Virus record (IMG/VR): IMGVR_UViG_3300045988_067384
Span: 1-35,709 of that record
Length of the DNA stretch: 35,709 nucleotides
Reading direction: 5' to 3' (one strand)
DNA from: a virus
Part shown: positions 31,838 to 35,709 of the stretch, piece after piece
How the letters are laid out: every line of letters begins with the position of its first letter
How positions within the stretch are numbered: the first letter of the stretch is position 1
The notes under the pieces: model-generated
Database searches by the model: none
The model's input: only the letters and a program-made list of their open reading frames with translations
Told to the model about the DNA's origin: nothing
Program-made: the position numbers and the translations under genes

Positions 31838-32746
31838 TTATTTGGCTTCTTCAACAGCGTCCCAGAAATCATCTTCGTTGACTATTGTCAGAAGCTGGCC
31901 GTTCTTTCTTCGCTGAACGGCGTCTTCAACTTTTCTGCCATAACACGAAAATGCCCAACATGGATTACCGTCATTACCGACGACAAGATAGCGAGTCTTT
32001 CTAGTTGGATTGTTTTTGAAGGTTCCACCCAAGTTAGTAATTATCTGAGCTATTTCTTTCCGTGTAGCTTTAAGAGACTGCCCGGTGAAGCATATTTCAT
32101 TGTTTGCAATCTGCATATCTTCACATATGGCACAAATGCCCTTGATACTGTATTTTTCTCTTAATTTGTTTAATTCAATATCATTCAGGTTGTAAGATGA
32201 TTTTAAATCTACAAAATTGCTCAAAAAGCCTTTTAGCATGTCACGCTCTTCATTTGTGATTACTCCATCCTCCAACACAGAGAGCAGGACGCTTTCTATC
32301 TCGTCAAATGGGTAGCAGCCTGACAAGAAGTGATTTTCGTCTATCCATGACTTAAGGGTATATACTTCACTATCCAGTATTTTATCATCTGCCAAAATTC
32401 CATGTATCATACCGGATAAGAATTGAATTGATGAGGTGACTATATCGTAGTAATCTGAGTCCGCTGTGAAGTTATCACATACCCACATGATGTCACTTGC
32501 TTCCTCTGCGGTAAGTATCTCGTCCTCGTAAGCAGTCTGGATCATTGGAATCAACTCGTTGAATGGATGGCGGTCGATTAGATTAGCATGGCATAGGCAC
32601 CAGTGGCTTAACTCATTAACTTCATCCTCTGTGATCTGCCCATCGGCGTGTATTCCGGCTACAATGCCCTTTAAGGTGTTGATTGCCTTATGTAGTTCTG
32701 CAGGCTGTGTGAATTGCCTGTATTCTGATATGTTCTGTGCACTCAT
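31838..32746 (-). CDS. BRCT-domain protein with a duplicated TerB-like N-terminal module
   Basis: C-terminus is CFTGQSLKATRKEIAQIITNLGGTFKNNPTRKTRYLVVGNDGNPCWAFSCYGRKVEDAVQRRKNGQLLTIVNEDDF (BRCT-like). Residues 25-93 and 110-178 form a gapless internal repeat, 22/69 identical by my hand count. AAGGAG SD, 18 nt after the cI stop. Confidence 0.6.
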   Translation of the reverse strand: MSAQNISEYRQFTQPAELHKAINTLKGIVAGIHADGQITEDEVNELSHWCLCHANLIDRHPFNELIPMIQTAYEDEILTAEEASDIMWVCDNFTADSDYYDIVTSSIQFLSGMIHGILADDKILDSEVYTLKSWIDENHFLSGCYPFDEIESVLLSVLEDGVITNEERDMLKGFLSNFVDLKSSYNLNDIELNKLREKYSIKGICAICEDMQIANNEICFTGQSLKATRKEIAQIITNLGGTFKNNPTRKTRYLVVGNDGNPCWAFSCYGRKVEDAVQRRKNGQLLTIVNEDDFWDAVEEAK

Positions 32747-32764
32747 ATATATTTCTCCTTATAT

Positions 32765-33394
32765 TTAAAATTTAGCTCTAAGCTCTACAACCTTTCCAAT
32801 GATCCTTACTGGTTTAGTCTTTATTGTATCATCATCAAAGTATATAGGAGCATAATTGGGGTTTGTAGAAATCAATTCAAGCCCTTCCTTGTACTTCCTG
32901 AGCCGTTTACAAACGGCGTCATCACCATTAACCATTGCTATGACTATATCACCTGTTTCGGCGTCATCCTGCTGTCTGACTATAACTACATCGCCGTTAC
33001 TGATCTTAGGTTCCATACTGTCACCCTTAATTCTCAGCGCAAAAAAGTCTCCGCTCTTAGCCAGTTCCTCTGTGATCTCCTCTGTATCCTCAATTTCGGT
33101 TATAGCATTAATCGGTATACCTGCTGCTACACGTCCAAGTACATTTATTGTTACCCCATTTTTCTCATGGGTAACAATATTATTTTCTTCAAGTTGAAGA
33201 TTTTTATATGCCAAGTCATCAATGTCTACTTTAAATAAATCTGACAATTCTCTCATTTTTTTGAAAGGAGGTTCCGAGATACCAGACTCCCATTTTTGTA
33301 TCGTTGTGTAAGATTTATATCCAAGTTTTTCTGCAATATATTCTTGCGATAATCCCTGCTTAAGCCTTAAATATCGAATATTGTCACCTAACAT
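32765..33394 (-). CDS. cI/LexA-type repressor (XRE HTH plus S24 autopeptidase)
   Basis: HTH is LSQEYIAEKLGYKSYTTIQKWESG. Cleavage-site motif is GRVAAGIPI, with the Ser in GDSMEP and the Lys in CKRL. Start at ATG 33394 (AAGGAGGT SD). Confidence 0.9.
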   Translation of the reverse strand: MLGDNIRYLRLKQGLSQEYIAEKLGYKSYTTIQKWESGISEPPFKKMRELSDLFKVDIDDLAYKNLQLEENNIVTHEKNGVTINVLGRVAAGIPINAITEIEDTEEITEELAKSGDFFALRIKGDSMEPKISNGDVVIVRQQDDAETGDIVIAMVNGDDAVCKRLRKYKEGLELISTNPNYAPIYFDDDTIKTKPVRIIGKVVELRAKF

Positions 33395-33435
33395 TGTACT
33401 ACCTCCTTTCTTGTAAGTAGAATACATTATATGCG

Positions 33436-33549
33436 AAAATAATTCAAGTGATTTTTAATAAAGCAAAAAAATAATTGAAAATAATTCAAGTAATATCTTG
33501 ACACATGAATTTAATTCATGTAATATCATTGACATGAAAATAATTCATG
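33436..33549. promoter_or_regulatory. Divergent immunity-switch region with a repeated operator array
   Basis: AAAATAATTCAAGT occurs at 33436-33449 and 33478-33491. Palindromes are CATGAATTTAATTCATG (33504-33520) and CATGAAAATAATTCATG (33533-33549). Confidence 0.7.
33498..33526 (+). promoter_or_regulatory. Rightward early promoter (PR-like)
   Basis: TTGACA (33498-33503), 17-nt spacer made up entirely of the 17-bp palindrome, TAATAT (33521-33526). It lies about 40 nt upstream of cro. Confidence 0.6.
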
Positions 33550-33565
33550 CGGAGGTGATAATGGA

Positions 33566-33757
33566 ATGCAGCAGTATACATTAAAAGAATTGCGTGCACG
33601 AAAAAATGAAACACAGGAACAGACAGCAAATGCACTGGGGATATCCACGCAGACCTACAATGCTTGGGAAAAAAGCATATCAAATGTGTCAATAAGTAAG
33701 GTAAATGCATTAGCTAAGCATTTCGGTGTAAAGCTTGGAGAAATTTTTTTAAATTAA
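33566..33757 (+). CDS. Cro-like XRE HTH regulator
   Basis: 63 aa. Shows ETQEQTANALGISTQTYNAWEKS. It is divergent from the cI-type repressor and has a GGAGGTGA SD. Confidence 0.85.
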   Translation: MQQYTLKELRARKNETQEQTANALGISTQTYNAWEKSISNVSISKVNALAKHFGVKLGEIFLN

Positions 33758-33758
33758 A

Positions 33759-33775
33759 CATGAAAAATATTCATG
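33759..33775. promoter_or_regulatory. Third copy of the CATGAA-N5-TTCATG operator, immediately downstream of cro
   Basis: Reads catgaaaaatattcatg, starting 2 nt after the cro stop. Confidence 0.55.
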
Positions 33776-33803
33776 TAAAGTCTAGAACAGCGGAGGTGAG
33801 AAG

Positions 33804-33938
33804 GTGACAGTTAAAGAAGGAGTAGATGAAATATATGAAATATTCAGGAGAGAACACCTGACTGCATCGCAGGCGTGGAAACTTTTGAATGCAGTCAGGG
33901 ACAGAATCGAAAAAGATGCAGGTAGTAAGCCTGTCTGA
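33804..33938 (+). CDS. Small protein (44 aa)
   Basis: GTG start after a GGAGGTGA SD. Product is MTVKEGVDEIYEIFRREHLTASQAWKLLNAVRDRIEKDAGSKPV. It is below the ORF-track cut-off. Confidence 0.4.
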   Translation: MTVKEGVDEIYEIFRREHLTASQAWKLLNAVRDRIEKDAGSKPV

Positions 33939-34133
33939 TTACAACATGTGCAAATCTTTATGATTATTGTAATTAGTCTCAGCATCGCAAACAAAGTCAT
34001 AAAAATCTTTTATTGAAGTTATATTTTTATTTTCTTTGAGAGCACGAAAAATAGCATAGCCAACAATAAGCTGATGGTCCTTGATAGATTCTTCCAACTT
34101 GGAAATATCTTCAAACGTAACAGGATCATTCAT
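33939..34133 (-). CDS. Small protein (64 aa) encoded against the early-operon direction
   Basis: A GGGAGG SD lies upstream on the minus strand. Its stop abuts the stop of the 33804-33938 ORF. Confidence 0.45.
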   Translation of the reverse strand: MNDPVTFEDISKLEESIKDHQLIVGYAIFRALKENKNITSIKDFYDFVCDAETNYNNHKDLHML

Positions 34134-34274
34134 AGTTAATACCTCCCTTCATAAGAACTCGGCTCTGGCGGGAGCCTGTAATAGGAGTATATCACACTAT
34201 AAGTTGGAAGGAAATCAAGCGATGTTCGCATTATGCAATAATTATTTACGAAAAGAAAGGAGTGACATACATCT

Positions 34275-34676
34275 TTGAAACTTATTGAAAATGTACAAAG
34301 AGATTTTTTGATTAGACAGCTTGCAAGGAGTGCTCCATATAATCTTGAAAGATTAACCATTCTGGAAACCATGACACTTAATCAGTTACAGGCTGTATAC
34401 GATATCGTTGAGGAGATGGAACTTCAAAGTACATCATCGCAAAAATGTCGGACTTGCAGGAAGATGAATATTGGTACCATCTTGTACGAAGGATTTAGAT
34501 GGAAACACGGAGATGATCAGCATTTGCCACCACCATTTAGGTTGGATTTTGACAGTGAAACGGAAGAAATAATTATTCCTGAGGAAATGCTGATGACCTT
34601 TATAGAAATGGTAAATCCGGGGCAGGTGAAACACAGAATAAGACTTGTTAGTTTGTATGCCCCAGATAATGATTAA
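34275..34676 (+). CDS. Hypothetical early protein
   Basis: 133 aa with a TTG start after AAAGGAG. Contains CRTCRK. No family recognised. Confidence 0.45.
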   Translation: MKLIENVQRDFLIRQLARSAPYNLERLTILETMTLNQLQAVYDIVEEMELQSTSSQKCRTCRKMNIGTILYEGFRWKHGDDQHLPPPFRLDFDSETEEIIIPEEMLMTFIEMVNPGQVKHRIRLVSLYAPDND

Positions 34677-34722
34677 GGATAAAACGAAGCAATGTAAATA
34701 AAAATCAAAACAATATAGGAGG

Positions 34723-34965
34723 ATGGATATGATTTTATCAAGTAAAGGACATGTAGAGATTGAAGGAAACACAGCATCAATATGCGCAGAAATGGATTGC
34801 CTTTTGGCGGCGTTTAGGAATGAATTGAAAGAAAGGCTTGGAAAGGATAAGGCGGAAGCAGCCTTTGAGAAAATAGTGAAAAATTCAAAAAACACAAGTG
34901 AACTCATCAGCAAGAGCAGCAAGATGGTTAAGATCATACTCGGATTTAGTGAGGAGGGTGAGTAA
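34723..34965 (+). CDS. Hypothetical early protein
   Basis: 80 aa with an AGGAGGATGGAT SD. No family recognised. Confidence 0.45.
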   Translation: MDMILSSKGHVEIEGNTASICAEMDCLLAAFRNELKERLGKDKAEAAFEKIVKNSKNTSELISKSSKMVKIILGFSEEGE

Positions 34966-34966
34966 G

Positions 34967-35302
34967 TTGGCAAAAGGAGCTGCAGGGCTGCATATTAATA
35001 GCGTTAGCTATATAACGGCATGTCCTTACATCAGTAAGGCAGACATGAAGAACATGTTCCATGTGTCTTCCAGTACTGCTACAAGACGTGTGTCCGAACT
35101 GGACGCATATGTAAAAAAGGGTAGATATGGTCCATATGCCATATTGGACGGAACAGGTGTGACCTGGATCAACCTCTTGGTATTAATAGATTACCTCAAA
35201 TACAAGAAGGACCTTGATGAAGGCAAGCACGTTCCGCCGTATGACCCTTATCAGACGGCAAAGGCTATAGCGTGGGGTGAGTTATCTCAAGATATGATGT
35301 GA
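34967..35302 (+). CDS. Putative DNA-binding early protein (possible excisionase/regulator)
   Basis: TTG start 5 nt after GGAGGGTGA. Shows ISKADMKNMFHVSSSTATRRVSEL, which resembles an HTH. The functional call is weak. Confidence 0.3.
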   Translation: MAKGAAGLHINSVSYITACPYISKADMKNMFHVSSSTATRRVSELDAYVKKGRYGPYAILDGTGVTWINLLVLIDYLKYKKDLDEGKHVPPYDPYQTAKAIAWGELSQDMM

Positions 35303-35402
35303 CATCAGTTGGCATAAAAGAAGCACCTTTGGACGGCAATCCGCAGGTGCAAAAAAAAGAATGTCCATTCATATTGTAACAAACCAGAAGGAAAATATCA
35401 AT

Positions 35403-35561
35403 ATGTATTACAACACATGCACACTATGTGGTGCTCATCTGGATCCGGGTGAGCACTGCGATTGCAAAAAAATTAAATTGGCAAAAAATGAAGAAATAGA
35501 AAAAATGATAACAATAAATTCAGAGACCGGTCAGTACGAACTGGTAGACAGGAGGGAATAG
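35403..35561 (+). CDS. Small zinc-ribbon-like protein
   Basis: Shows MYYNTCTLCGAHLDPGEHCDC, with CxxC...CxC spacing. I preferred ATG 35403 (GAAGGAAAA SD) over 35361. Confidence 0.45.
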   Translation: MYYNTCTLCGAHLDPGEHCDCKKIKLAKNEEIEKMITINSETGQYELVDRRE

Positions 35562-35565
35562 AAAT

Positions 35566-35709
35566 ATGAGCAAAATACCTGCAAATAAATGTTTGAACGA
35601 TGATGATAACCATAGACGCTGCTTTGCAAGAGATGAGGCAGGGAAGTGTACATGCCTTAACAACACTACATTTACCGGCGATTGTCCGTTTTATAAGAGT
35701 ATTGATAAG
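35566..35709 (+). CDS. 5' part of the junction-spanning small Cys-rich protein (continues at 56-97 after circularisation)
   Basis: ATG at 35566 preceded by GGAGGGAATAG. The frame is open to the end of the window and in frame with 2-97. Confidence 0.55.
   Translation, partial: MSKIPANKCLNDDDNHRRCFARDEAGKCTCLNNTTFTGDCPFYKSIDK
35655..35709. repeat. Terminal direct repeat, right copy (identical to 1-55)
   Basis: Read directly from the sequence. Confidence 0.95.

Larger units (their letters stand above)
1..35709. mobile_element. Complete temperate siphovirus genome (circularly closed; 35,654 unique bp)
   Basis: Every module of a temperate tailed phage is present (lysogeny, replication, lysis, packaging, head, tail). 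No host genes are present. There is a 55-nt terminal overlap. Confidence 0.9.

Noticed and set aside
33529-33534. Second TTGACA hexamer upstream of cro as an additional promoter
   Set aside because: No acceptable -10 lies 16-19 nt downstream; the sequence there is the cro SD. The hexamer is more likely part of the repeated operator unit.
34434-34973. 179-aa minus-strand ORF with hydrophobic stretches
   Set aside because: It spans two plus-strand ORFs and their intergenic region. It has no SD, and its low-complexity L/S/F composition is typical of antisense frames in AT-leaning DNA.
1-35709. Looked for CRISPR arrays, complete tRNA/tmRNA genes, a reverse transcriptase/DGR template-variable repeat pair near the tail fibre genes, transposases, and host flanking genes
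   Set aside because: None was seen by eye. Every large ORF is accounted for by phage functions, and the only tRNA-like element is the partial T-arm at 8622-8654. A proper tRNAscan and repeat search is still advisable.

Overview
The window is one complete temperate siphovirus genome, assembled as a closed circle. Nt 1-55 are identical to nt 35655-35709, which leaves 35,654 unique bp, and one ORF reads in frame across the junction. There are no host flanks, no complete tRNA or rRNA gene, no CRISPR array, and no reverse transcriptase or DGR. Gene families and GGAGG-type ribosome-binding sites suggest a Firmicutes (Clostridia-like) host; this is inference only.

Modules in order:
- Early/replication genes (33566 through the junction to about 5278): SSB, DUF1064 nuclease, SPP1 G38P-like replisome organizer with internal iteron-like repeats, MazG-like protein, G39P-like helicase loader.
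- DNA-modification block (2546-8621): an orphan N6-methyltransferase N-terminal half, a second tyrosine recombinase, an N6-adenine methyltransferase split into two translationally coupled ORFs, and a C5-cytosine methyltransferase.
- A two-gene YopX/ASCH-like cassette, bracketed by a diverged duplication of the C5-MTase 3' end.
- Sigma-region-4-like late regulator, terminator, then holin and amidase-SH3 endolysin placed lambda-style upstream of packaging.
- Packaging (11948-15539): two different TerS-type genes, an HNH-P-loop fusion, and TerL.
- HK97-type head, neck and tail genes (15541-29058), with a clear A_AAA_AAC -1 frameshift in the tail chaperone and a distal-tail (Dit) gene that appears split by an inserted cassette.
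- A moron cassette driven by two identical operator-bearing promoters (29142-30294).
- attP-like repeats, integrase, a BRCT/TerB-like protein co-transcribed with an S24 cI-type repressor, and a cro-type switch with repeated operators (30334-33775).

The candidates I consider most worth follow-up are:
1. The repressor-linked BRCT protein.
2. The split/half methyltransferase plus extra recombinase block.
3. The acr-aca-like twin-promoter cassette.
4. The interrupted Dit gene.

All family calls are from reading the translations by eye. No database search was run.
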